This document shows, piece by piece, positions 8,124-15,516 of a stretch of 33,267 nucleotides of DNA. Origin of the DNA: a virus. Lineage: Duplodnaviria; Caudoviricetes. The notes beneath the pieces are model-generated. The model ran no database searches and was not told where the DNA came from. It was given only the letters and a program-made list of their open reading frames with translations. Position 1 is the first letter of the stretch; every line of letters begins with the position of its first letter. The translations under genes and the position numbers were made by a program. Location: IMG/VR virus record IMGVR_UViG_3300017747_004125, positions 1 through 33,267 of that record; one strand, given 5' to 3'.

Positions 8124-9379
8124 GTGCTACCTCTGTTGGCTTGCTGCACGCTGCTGCCGATGTAGGCACGCCGCGTCTGTGCTGTCACACCTAGCTTCTC
8201 TGCCCCATACCATGCCAGCGCGTGCGCGCACACAGTATCGTCATGCATCCCCGATGGTGCACCATACACGACGCGGCCCTGCTTCACATCGTACTCGAAC
8301 GCCTCGAGCTCGGCACGGTGCGGGCCGTCGAGCACGCTTGTCCTACCCTGTTGCAGCGCCAGTGCAAGCCCCTCCATCAATCCCTGCTTGCTCGCGCTGC
8401 TGAAGATGTACGGCTCGCACCACAACCGAGCCGCCGCTAGCTGCTCACCGACCGCGTCACCCACACCCGTCGCATCGTAGAAGAGGCACGCCTTGCTGCC
8501 GGCACCCACGATGCGCGAGACCTCCGACACCAGAGCCGAGTAGGATAGCCCGTGCCACCGGTGCATGACCGCAACGTGCCGGTTGCTGTCGAGGCCCACC
8601 AGCACAGCCCAATCTCGCTTGCGGGCGATGTCTAGCCCCCACACCCGCACATGGCCACCTGTCGCCTGCCCGCCGTTGAGCTCAGCACAGGCCCGCACCG
8701 CGTCGATGCCAAAGGGGTTGCCGCCATCGTCGGCCGGCTCGCAGTAGTAGAGCTCGCGAAAGACCGCCACCGGCAAGGACCGTCTGGCCATCTCGAGGTC
8801 GGCAGCCGAGAACAGACCGCCGGCAATGGCATCGTCGGCCGTGAGCCGGTGATAGGCAAAGCCCGGCTCGCCGCTCTCGCCCTTGCGTGACCACTGGTAG
8901 TGGCGGTTGGCCCTGCCTCGCACGTTGCCGCACAGCCGCAGCTTGCCGCGCGTCGCCGTGGTCGTGGAGTAGACCGCGTCAACCGCATCGTCCTTCATGC
9001 GGCTAGCCTCGTCCAGGACAGCCGAGGTGACAGCCGAGCCATAGAGGTTGTCGGGCTTGTCGGCCGACCGAAAGGACCAACGGCGGTCACCAGGCGCAAT
9101 GATGGCCTTGTCAGCGAGGGCCTGCCGGAAGCCCGGCTGGTTGCGCAGGAGCGACCACGCAACGCGGTAGGCCATCATCGCCTGCTCGTAGACGGGGGCC
9201 ACCCACCAGTGCTCAGCGTCGGTAGGCCCCTCGAGCAGTTGCTTGATTTGCCAGACGATAGCCGAGGTGGTCTTCCCCGACTTGGTCGTGCTCTCGATGC
9301 AGACGATACGTGCCGGGTCGTTGATGGCATCCCACTGCTTCTCATACAGCGCAGGCAGGGTGACCTCAGCGGTCGGCAT
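8117..9379 (-). CDS. terL: Terminase large subunit
   Basis: Walker A (TTKSGKTT), Walker B (VLDEAS), nuclease motifs GLDIARKRD and HDDTVCAHALA; TGATG coupling to terS. Confidence 0.93.
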   Translation of the reverse strand: MPTAEVTLPALYEKQWDAINDPARIVCIESTTKSGKTTSAIVWQIKQLLEGPTDAEHWWVAPVYEQAMMAYRVAWSLLRNQPGFRQALADKAIIAPGDRRWSFRSADKPDNLYGSAVTSAVLDEASRMKDDAVDAVYSTTTATRGKLRLCGNVRGRANRHYQWSRKGESGEPGFAYHRLTADDAIAGGLFSAADLEMARRSLPVAVFRELYYCEPADDGGNPFGIDAVRACAELNGGQATGGHVRVWGLDIARKRDWAVLVGLDSNRHVAVMHRWHGLSYSALVSEVSRIVGAGSKACLFYDATGVGDAVGEQLAAARLWCEPYIFSSASKQGLMEGLALALQQGRTSVLDGPHRAELEAFEYDVKQGRVVYGAPSGMHDDTVCAHALAWYGAEKLGVTAQTRRAYIGSSVQQANRGSTW

Positions 9380-9792
9380 CACTCACCCTCATCAACGCGC
9401 GTCACGCGGGGGATGGTCACCGTGAACTTGAGAGGCTCCCCGCCACTGGTGAGGTCGAGGGCCGACTTGCTGACCGCATCGAGGCCGTTGAGCTTGGCCC
9501 GTCGCTCCTCGATGCTGAGCACCGTGGTAACAGCCTTGAGGTCACCTTCCTTGGCCTGTGACCACACCGAGCGCAGGAGCTGGTCAAGCCGCTCGGCAGC
9601 CTCCTTGCGCTCCTCGGCCGCGCTCGCAACCGCATGCTCCTGGACCTCCTTGCGGGCCTGCGTGAGCAACTCGGTGACGTACTTACAGCTAATGCCGAGC
9701 TTGAGGGCTATGTCGTTGTGCGACCACCCACCCAGCCGTAGCTCCCACGCCTGCCTCGTGTACTCGGCTCGCTGTTCGTTGCTCCATGCCAT
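9379..9792 (-). CDS. terS: Terminase small subunit (HTH)
   Basis: HTH AWELRLGGWSHNDIALKLGIS, ERRAKLNGLDA and DLTSGGEPL; directly upstream of terL. Start is set at ATG 9792 (MAWSNEQ). Confidence 0.75.
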   Translation of the reverse strand: MAWSNEQRAEYTRQAWELRLGGWSHNDIALKLGISCKYVTELLTQARKEVQEHAVASAAEERKEAAERLDQLLRSVWSQAKEGDLKAVTTVLSIEERRAKLNGLDAVSKSALDLTSGGEPLKFTVTIPRVTRVDEGE

Positions 9793-9827
9793 GAGCCAAG
9801 TGTGCCACCGGTGTCTTGGCAGGTCAA
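9793..9827 (-). promoter_or_regulatory. Sigma70-like promoter, predicted leaderless terS transcript
   Basis: TTGACC (9827-9822), 17 nt, CACACT (9804-9799), 6 nt, ATG; no SD sequence present. Confidence 0.5.
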
Positions 9828-9872
9828 GTCCGGCTCTCGCGCACACGCGAGGCTTGAGGGAGGGTGCCGCGA

Positions 9873-10168
9873 GCGGTAACACGGTAACAGAGGGCATGTT
9901 ACTGTCAAAACCGACTTATGTGGTTGAACTGCCTAGACAATCGGGCTGCGGTAACAGAGTAACAGGGTTTTTGCATATACCATGTGTAAGACGAGAGAGG
10001 TTCCTTGGGCGGGTGCGCGTAGGTGCGCGCGCGCGTACATATGCATGTTTTTGCTGTTACTCCTGTTACCGTTACTCAAAACAGTCATTATCATCAATCA
10101 TCATAGGGGGTTAGTCGGTAACAGCAGCGGTAACAGAGCGGTAACAGGTTTTGGAGGTCTGTTACCGC
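9873..10168. repeat. Cluster of 12 GTAAC-core repeats, consensus (G)CGGTAACAG, in both orientations (iteron-like; putative origin or pac region)
   Basis: GTAAC at 9876, 9884, 9951, 9959, 10118, 10130, 10141; GTTAC at 9898, 10056, 10065, 10071, 10161. The region is locally AT-richer and non-coding. Confidence 0.7.
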
Positions 10169-10176
10169 ACTTCGGC

Positions 10177-10189
10177 TAAGTCGTTGATA
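10177..10189 (-). promoter_or_regulatory. IHF-binding consensus site
   Basis: Reverse complement TATCAACGACTTA matches WATCAANNNNTTR exactly and lies next to the repeat cluster. Confidence 0.5.
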
Positions 10190-10384
10190 CCTCGTTGCGG
10201 GCCTGCCGGGTCGAGGGTCGTGTGCGCACGCGGGCACGGCGCGGGTGCGTGCGCGGGTGCGTGTGCGTGTGTGCCTGCGTGTGCGCGCGCGCTACGCGAG
10301 GCTGGGGGTCAGTGCAAGCGCAAACGCATCGAGGCCCTCGAGCTGGTGCCACGACACACGCTCAAGGACCTCGACTAGACGCGC

Positions 10385-10437
10385 TTGACAGGAGGTAGCC
10401 AATGCGTCATAAGGGGTCATCGGCAGCGACAACTGCC
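10385..10437 (+). promoter_or_regulatory. Early promoter 1 with downstream hairpin GGCAGCGACAACTGCC
   Basis: TTGACA (10385-10390), 17 nt, CATAAG; hairpin at 10422-10437. Confidence 0.55.
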
Positions 10438-10500
10438 AACAACCTGATGGGCCTCGGTATAGCCGAGGTGCCTAGTTTTTGCAAGCCCCCACGAGGTCCA

Positions 10501-11964
10501 ATGCAAGATGTTCTGCGCGCGTTTGCTCTGTATGCGGAGGCCGAGAGGGGCCTTCAGTTCCCTGATGGCGTGATAGCCGACGGTGAGCACCACCGAGTGC
10601 CTACCTTGTCGAAGCCAGACAAGCGGAACGGCTGGTATGTGGTGCACCTCAATGACGGCCCCGGCCAGAGTGGGGTAGTGGTGGCTGTGTTCAATGACCT
10701 TGCGGCTGGTGCGCCGGAGGTGAAGTGGATGAGCACGGCCAACAAGCGGCCGGAGGTGAACCTCGAGGAGGCGACAGCTGCCATGAAGAAGAAGATAGCC
10801 GAGGCCAAGCAGGCGAAGGTGGACAAGGCAGAGTCAGCGGTCAACGAGGTGACGGCCGAGATAGCGCGGTCAAAGCCGCTGCAGGCACCGTTCGGCTACC
10901 TCGAGCACAAGGGTGTGGGTGTGGTGCCTGGACTGTACCGGTCTGGTGCGGTGCTGATGATACCGCTGAAGGACGAGAACCAGCGCATCGTGAACCTGCA
11001 GCGCATCTGGCAGGATGCCGAGGGCAAGTGGCAGAAGCGGTACCAGAAGCATGCGACGCGAGTGGGCACCTACTTTGCCATCAAGGGCAGCAGCAAGGTG
11101 GTTGCTGTGTGCGAGGGTGTAGCGACGGGCATCAGCATCCACGAGGCGACTGGGTGGACGGTGCTGGCGGCCGGCGACACGACGCAGCTCATGGCGGTTG
11201 CGAAGATGGTGAGAGCCAAGATGGGTTGGGCTCGCCTCATCATCTGCGCTGACGATGACCGTCACACGGCGGGCAACCCCGGACTGACGAAGGCGCGGGA
11301 GGTAGCATCTGCGTTGAGGGCAGAGGTTCGGGTTCCGATGTTCTCTGACCTCGACAGCCAGGGCACCGACTTCAACGACCTGCATCAGGAGGAGGGTTTG
11401 CCGACGGTGCAGCTGCAGCTCGAGGAGGAGATTGCGCCTCTCGATGATGTGCCGCCCCCGGAGGATGAGCCGTATCAGGAGCCGCTCGAGGAGGAGAGGC
11501 CTGCGGGTGAAGAGGCATGGGTGCCAGAGGGCTACCGCTTCATGGAGTCTGGTGCTGTGGTGCGCTTGCCGCCCCCTGATAGCGAGAAGCCGCCGATGCT
11601 GGTGTCGCCTCAGCCGTTGTGGGTGGCAGGTGTGCGGGTTGACGCGGTGGAGGGCACGCGGTCGATGGTGGTGCGGTGGTGCACGCCGCGCGCTGGTGAG
11701 TTCGGCCGGTTCGATAAGCCGCACCAGATGATAGTGGACCGAGGCACGCTGTTGAATGCCCGCAGCATCGTCAGTCTGGCAAGCAGTGGCTTCCCGGTGG
11801 ACTCGACATGCGCGAGCGAGGTGGTGCTCTACCTTCGCAAGGCCGAGACGCAGTACCTCGCCACGACGGTGCGAGCGGCGCAGGAGACGGTGGCGAGCGT
11901 GACGGGCTGGCATGGGCCAAGGATTGGACTGCCCCTGCCTTCTTGGTGGGTGAGACGCAGGTAG
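10501..11964 (+). CDS. Primase (TOPRIM, TraC/P4-alpha-like) plus N-terminal part of a DUF927-like domain; 5' half of a frame-broken primase-helicase
   Basis: GYLEHKGV, LMIPLKD..IVNLQRI, VCEGVATG, ICADDD, TDFNDL; GAGG RBS before ATG 10501. The frame reads VTGWHG and then degenerates. Confidence 0.85.
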   Translation: MQDVLRAFALYAEAERGLQFPDGVIADGEHHRVPTLSKPDKRNGWYVVHLNDGPGQSGVVVAVFNDLAAGAPEVKWMSTANKRPEVNLEEATAAMKKKIAEAKQAKVDKAESAVNEVTAEIARSKPLQAPFGYLEHKGVGVVPGLYRSGAVLMIPLKDENQRIVNLQRIWQDAEGKWQKRYQKHATRVGTYFAIKGSSKVVAVCEGVATGISIHEATGWTVLAAGDTTQLMAVAKMVRAKMGWARLIICADDDRHTAGNPGLTKAREVASALRAEVRVPMFSDLDSQGTDFNDLHQEEGLPTVQLQLEEEIAPLDDVPPPEDEPYQEPLEEERPAGEEAWVPEGYRFMESGAVVRLPPPDSEKPPMLVSPQPLWVAGVRVDAVEGTRSMVVRWCTPRAGEFGRFDKPHQMIVDRGTLLNARSIVSLASSGFPVDSTCASEVVLYLRKAETQYLATTVRAAQETVASVTGWHGPRIGLPLPSWWVRRR

Positions 11965-13295
11965 GAGCCGGCTGCCCGACGTTCGAGAACCACAACCCTG
12001 AGATAGCGCGTCACATCAGCGCGTTTAGTGTGAGCGGCTCGGCCTCTGCGCAGCTCGCGGTGCTATCTGACATCGTGCAGCACCATGCCGACATGGCGAC
12101 GGTGGTGGCGGTAGCGTTGGCGTCACCTCTGATGCGCGTGGTTGGTGCTCCTGTGTTCGTCCTGGACATTGCGTGCGAGTCGAGCCGAGGCAAGACGAAG
12201 GCGCTGCAGGTGGCCGCGTCGGTGTATGGGTCGCCTCTGACGATGCGGTCATGGGATACCACGAAGTTCGCGCTCGAGATGATAGCGAATGCGCAGCGAG
12301 GCCTGCCGCTGCTGCTCGATGAGACCCAGCGGGCTAGCAAGCCAGAGATGATTCAGCCGACGGTGTATGACCTGTGCAATGCCGAGGGCAAGATGCGCGG
12401 CAAGGCCGATGGCGGTGTGCGGTCGGTGTCTCGGTACGAGTCGCTGGTCATCAGCACCGGCGAGCAGAGCATCAGCGCGTTCGGTGACGCGGGTGGAGCT
12501 CGAGCGCGCATCGTGACGATACAGGGCAGCCCATGGACCCTGCCCTACCGCGAGAAGCTGGCCGACGCAGTGCGTGAGCTCACGCAGTACCAGGTGAGCA
12601 GCCTCGACACGTTGGCCGACAACTACGGCCACGCGGGCCGGATGTTTGCCGAGGCTGTGTGCCGGATGAGCGAGGATGAGCGTCGAGGGTTGAGGGCTCG
12701 CTACCGTGAGCTGGTGCATGCTCGGTCGCTGTCGGTGGAGGAGATAAGCCCGGGTCACCCCATCGGGTCTCGTTTGGCTGGCTACGTGGCTCTCATCGAC
12801 TTGTGTGGCGAGGTAGCCGAGCGCGTGCTGGGGCTGCCGTCGGTAAAGTGGCTGAGCGAGGAGCGTTGGAGGATGATGCTGGGTGCCGCTCGTCCTGCAG
12901 ACGTGGCCACGCAAGCCATGGAGCGGTTGATTGCATGGGTATGGGCTAGGACCTCGCAGCTGCACGGCCACGCAGACGCCGTGAAGACAACGGGCCGCGA
13001 CTGCATCGGCACCTATGCGGTGGATGCGGTCACGCAGCGGCCGAAGCTGCAGTTCAATCTGGCTGCAGCCAACGACATGCTGCGGCAGGCGGGCTTCCAA
13101 CCGGGTGCCGTAGCGTCGACATGGGCCGCTCGCGGGTGGCTTGTGGGTGACAAGTCGTCAAATACTTCTAAAGTCGTTAGTGTGGGTGGGTTCAAGGTGC
13201 GCATGTACGAGCTGACGACCAGTGCGCTGTCGCTGCATGTGTGGTCTAGCGACATTGACGCAGCGAACATCTTCGACCCTGACGTTCCGTTCTAG
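11916..13295 (+). CDS. DUF927-type helicase/ATPase domain; 3' half of the primase-helicase (-1 frame relative to the upstream ORF)
   Basis: Walker A-like CESSRGKT, Walker B-like PLLLDET, ISTGE and GARAR; no convincing RBS/start of its own; continues the upstream domain as PAFLVGETQVG. Confidence 0.8.
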   Translation, partial: AKDWTAPAFLVGETQVGAGCPTFENHNPEIARHISAFSVSGSASAQLAVLSDIVQHHADMATVVAVALASPLMRVVGAPVFVLDIACESSRGKTKALQVAASVYGSPLTMRSWDTTKFALEMIANAQRGLPLLLDETQRASKPEMIQPTVYDLCNAEGKMRGKADGGVRSVSRYESLVISTGEQSISAFGDAGGARARIVTIQGSPWTLPYREKLADAVRELTQYQVSSLDTLADNYGHAGRMFAEAVCRMSEDERRGLRARYRELVHARSLSVEEISPGHPIGSRLAGYVALIDLCGEVAERVLGLPSVKWLSEERWRMMLGAARPADVATQAMERLIAWVWARTSQLHGHADAVKTTGRDCIGTYAVDAVTQRPKLQFNLAAANDMLRQAGFQPGAVASTWAARGWLVGDKSSNTSKVVSVGGFKVRMYELTTSALSLHVWSSDIDAANIFDPDVPF

Positions 13296-13337
13296 GCAGA
13301 AAACGACATAGGGGGGTGAAAAAGTGCTTGCATGAGT

Positions 13338-13393
13338 TTGACAGGTAGTCAGACCCATGTTAGGACCCCTCCTCGTTGGCAGCGACAACTGCC
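13338..13393 (+). promoter_or_regulatory. Early promoter 2 with the same downstream hairpin GGCAGCGACAACTGCC
   Basis: TTGACA (13338-13343), 17 nt, (TGT)TAGGAC; hairpin at 13378-13393. Confidence 0.55.
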
Positions 13394-13445
13394 GACCCAA
13401 CACTGTCACCCGCCTCGCTTGAGAGGCACACCCAGGAGAGAAGCC

Positions 13446-13859
13446 ATGAGGCTTACCGTCGACAATGCCCCTTCCCACTTCCTCAACCTTGTCTGCACGC
13501 TGACCGGTGCGGAGTTCACCGAGAGCAAGACGCGCGTCATCGGTGACACCCGCGTTGACCGCATCGTGAGCGACATCAGCACCGGCATCTCGGTCACCCA
13601 GGCGTTCACGCTGCACCTCATCGAGCAGGGCAAGGATGCCGATGGCGAGGTCATCCACGACATGCGTGTCACCTTCAACCGCACGGTCCGTCTGCCGTGG
13701 CAGCAGGGCAACCGCACCGAGATTGTGAGCACGACCATCTCTGGCCCTGCCACGCTCGACCTCGACCAGCTGGGCCTGCTCATCGAGTTCTGCATCGACC
13801 GCATGCTCGAGCAGGCTGACGCGCTCCGCACCGCAGTGACCGAGGTGGCCTATGTCTAA
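13446..13859 (+). CDS. Hypothetical protein
   Basis: AGGAGAG RBS, ATG 13446 (MRLTVDN); overlaps the next gene. Confidence 0.7.
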   Translation: MRLTVDNAPSHFLNLVCTLTGAEFTESKTRVIGDTRVDRIVSDISTGISVTQAFTLHLIEQGKDADGEVIHDMRVTFNRTVRLPWQQGNRTEIVSTTISGPATLDLDQLGLLIEFCIDRMLEQADALRTAVTEVAYV

Positions 13860-14901
13860 CATCATCTTCCCCAACAACGTCCAGGTCATTCACACATGGC
13901 GGCACGGCAGCAAGGAGTGGCTCATCGAGCGCGGCTTCACGGTGGGTGCCTCTGAGATTGGCAAGGCCCTCGGTGTGTCGCCCTACGGCGGTCTTCTCTC
14001 GCTGGTCATCGACAAGCGCAAGGCTCACATGGGCAACCCCGATGTGGTGAGCAGCGAAGCCATGCAGGACGGTCAGGATGCGGAGGCCACGGTGCTGCGC
14101 ATGGCATGGCGTCGCCTGCAGGCCATCGAGGGCGGTGTGTGCGAGGCTACGGCCACGCCAGAGATGGTGCCGGGCTACCCCGTTGCGCTCGGTGTGGTGT
14201 CTGCCACTCCTGATGCAGTCATCATTGATGCCGAGACGAACCGCGCGGTGGCCCTCATCGAGGCGAAGCTCGACCGCAGCCGAGGCACCGACTGGACGGA
14301 CGTGCTCGAGAACGGATTCGGCCACCTGTCAGGAACGGACCTAAGACTAAACTACTGGTGGCAAGTGCAGACCCAGCTCTACACCACTGGGGTCTCGGTC
14401 GGTTACCTGGCTGTTTGGACGGTGTTCGACTTCTACCTCATCGAGATTGAGGCCGACGCTGCAGCTGCAGAGGTGATTGCCTCGGTAGGCACGACGGTGA
14501 TGGCGTGGGTCAACGACCCTGCCGACCGTCTGCCGGCTCCTACCGACGCTGACGGCCTGCGTACGATTGCCGGCACGGTCAAGCCTGCGAGCGAAGGCCC
14601 CATCGAGGTGGGTGGAGAGGTGGCCGAGGCCCTTGCTGCCTATGTGTCGCTCGGCAAGCGCATTGACGCGCTCGAGGAGGAGCGAGACGCAGCCAAGCGG
14701 GTCATCCTCGAGGCGCACAACCTCGGAGCCAAGATTGCGACGGTGGACGGCATCAAGAGCAGTTTCATTGCCGCGTCGGAGCGGGTGAGCCTGGACACGA
14801 AGAAGCTTGAGAGCGAGCACCCTGAGCTGGTGTCGCAGTACCGCAAGGTGTCGCAGGTGTCGGCCTCGTGCCGGGTGACCGCGCCACGCAGCAAGGGCTA
14901 A
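13852..14901 (+). CDS. YqaJ/lambda-exonuclease-like recombination nuclease
   Basis: GSKEWLIERGFTVGASEIGKALGVSPY, SATPDAVI, IEAK, YWWQVQTQL; RecT lies nearby. Confidence 0.9.
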   Translation: MSNIIFPNNVQVIHTWRHGSKEWLIERGFTVGASEIGKALGVSPYGGLLSLVIDKRKAHMGNPDVVSSEAMQDGQDAEATVLRMAWRRLQAIEGGVCEATATPEMVPGYPVALGVVSATPDAVIIDAETNRAVALIEAKLDRSRGTDWTDVLENGFGHLSGTDLRLNYWWQVQTQLYTTGVSVGYLAVWTVFDFYLIEIEADAAAAEVIASVGTTVMAWVNDPADRLPAPTDADGLRTIAGTVKPASEGPIEVGGEVAEALAAYVSLGKRIDALEEERDAAKRVILEAHNLGAKIATVDGIKSSFIAASERVSLDTKKLESEHPELVSQYRKVSQVSASCRVTAPRSKG

Positions 14902-14975
14902 GCCCGTTGGCAGGTGCAACCCCTGCCGCGCTGCCTCACCCGCCCCGCCTAGGGGCATTCGAGAAGGAGGATGAG

Positions 14976-15488
14976 ATGAGCCAGATTGATGAAAGCGTTG
15001 AGGACCTCTGCCTGCTTATCAAGAGCCTGCACGAGGAGATGAGCACGGTGCACCGCAAGGTGGATGTGCTGTTGGCCATCAAGACGGACAACACCGAGGC
15101 GTTGCGCGAGATGGTGGCCTCTGGCCCTGCGCTTGATGTGGTGCCGTTCGAGGATGAGGGCACGCCGGTGGTGACGCAGTCGCAGTACGATGAGATGAGC
15201 TGGGCTGACCGCTTGGACAGACTGGCCAAGGCCAAGTGCCCGCAGTGCGACCGCCGTGCCTACTCGGCAACCGCCGTTGAGGAGCAGTTCGGCTACCGCA
15301 CCATGTATGACGGCACGGTGCGCGTGCAGTCGTGGTGCCGTGAGTGCCGCAAGACCGCGCCGACGAAGGCCCCTCTAGTCCCGGTGTGGATTGCGATGAA
15401 CGACGCGCAGCCAGGTGAGGAGTTGTGGGTAAAACATACTTGGAAGAGAGCAGAAGACGAGACCGAGACCGAGCCTAACAACAAGTAG
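14976..15488 (+). CDS. Zinc-finger protein (CPQC ... QSWCRECR) with N-terminal coiled coil
   Basis: AAGGAGG RBS before ATG 14976; four-Cys motif. Confidence 0.7.
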   Translation: MSQIDESVEDLCLLIKSLHEEMSTVHRKVDVLLAIKTDNTEALREMVASGPALDVVPFEDEGTPVVTQSQYDEMSWADRLDRLAKAKCPQCDRRAYSATAVEEQFGYRTMYDGTVRVQSWCRECRKTAPTKAPLVPVWIAMNDAQPGEELWVKHTWKRAEDETETEPNNK

Positions 15489-15516
15489 CCAACCCCCCCG
15501 CAGTAAGGAAGAAGCC

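Noticed and set aside
1036-9400. Long plus-strand ORFs opposite the head genes (e.g. 1036-2100, 5571-6641, 6978-7961)
   Set aside because: They are antisense shadows of high-GC coding genes, with no motifs or RBS; the minus-strand frames carry the recognisable motifs.
9873-10168. GTAAC repeats as a CRISPR array
   Set aside because: The repeats are 5-10 bp, irregularly spaced and in both orientations, with no repeat-spacer periodicity and no cas genes.
8900-10398. ORFs spanning the control region (8900-10114, 9982-10179, 10151-10378, 10195-10398)
   Set aside because: The low-complexity translations derive from the repeats and alternating tracts, or are antisense to the terminase genes.
10402-10500. 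Upstream ATG 10402 as the primase start
   Set aside because: It lies inside the predicted promoter spacer despite a GGAGG upstream. ATG 10501 has a GAGG RBS and starts the recognisable domain, but 10402 is not fully excluded.
11808-11915. Independent start of the helicase ORF at 11808
   Set aside because: The translation before about 11916 looks out of frame (RERGGALPSQGRDAVPR) while the overlapping primase frame is still conserved.
14902-14960. Possible tRNA gene
   Set aside because: Only a T-arm-like hairpin is present; there is no D arm, anticodon arm or acceptor stem in the short intergenic gap.
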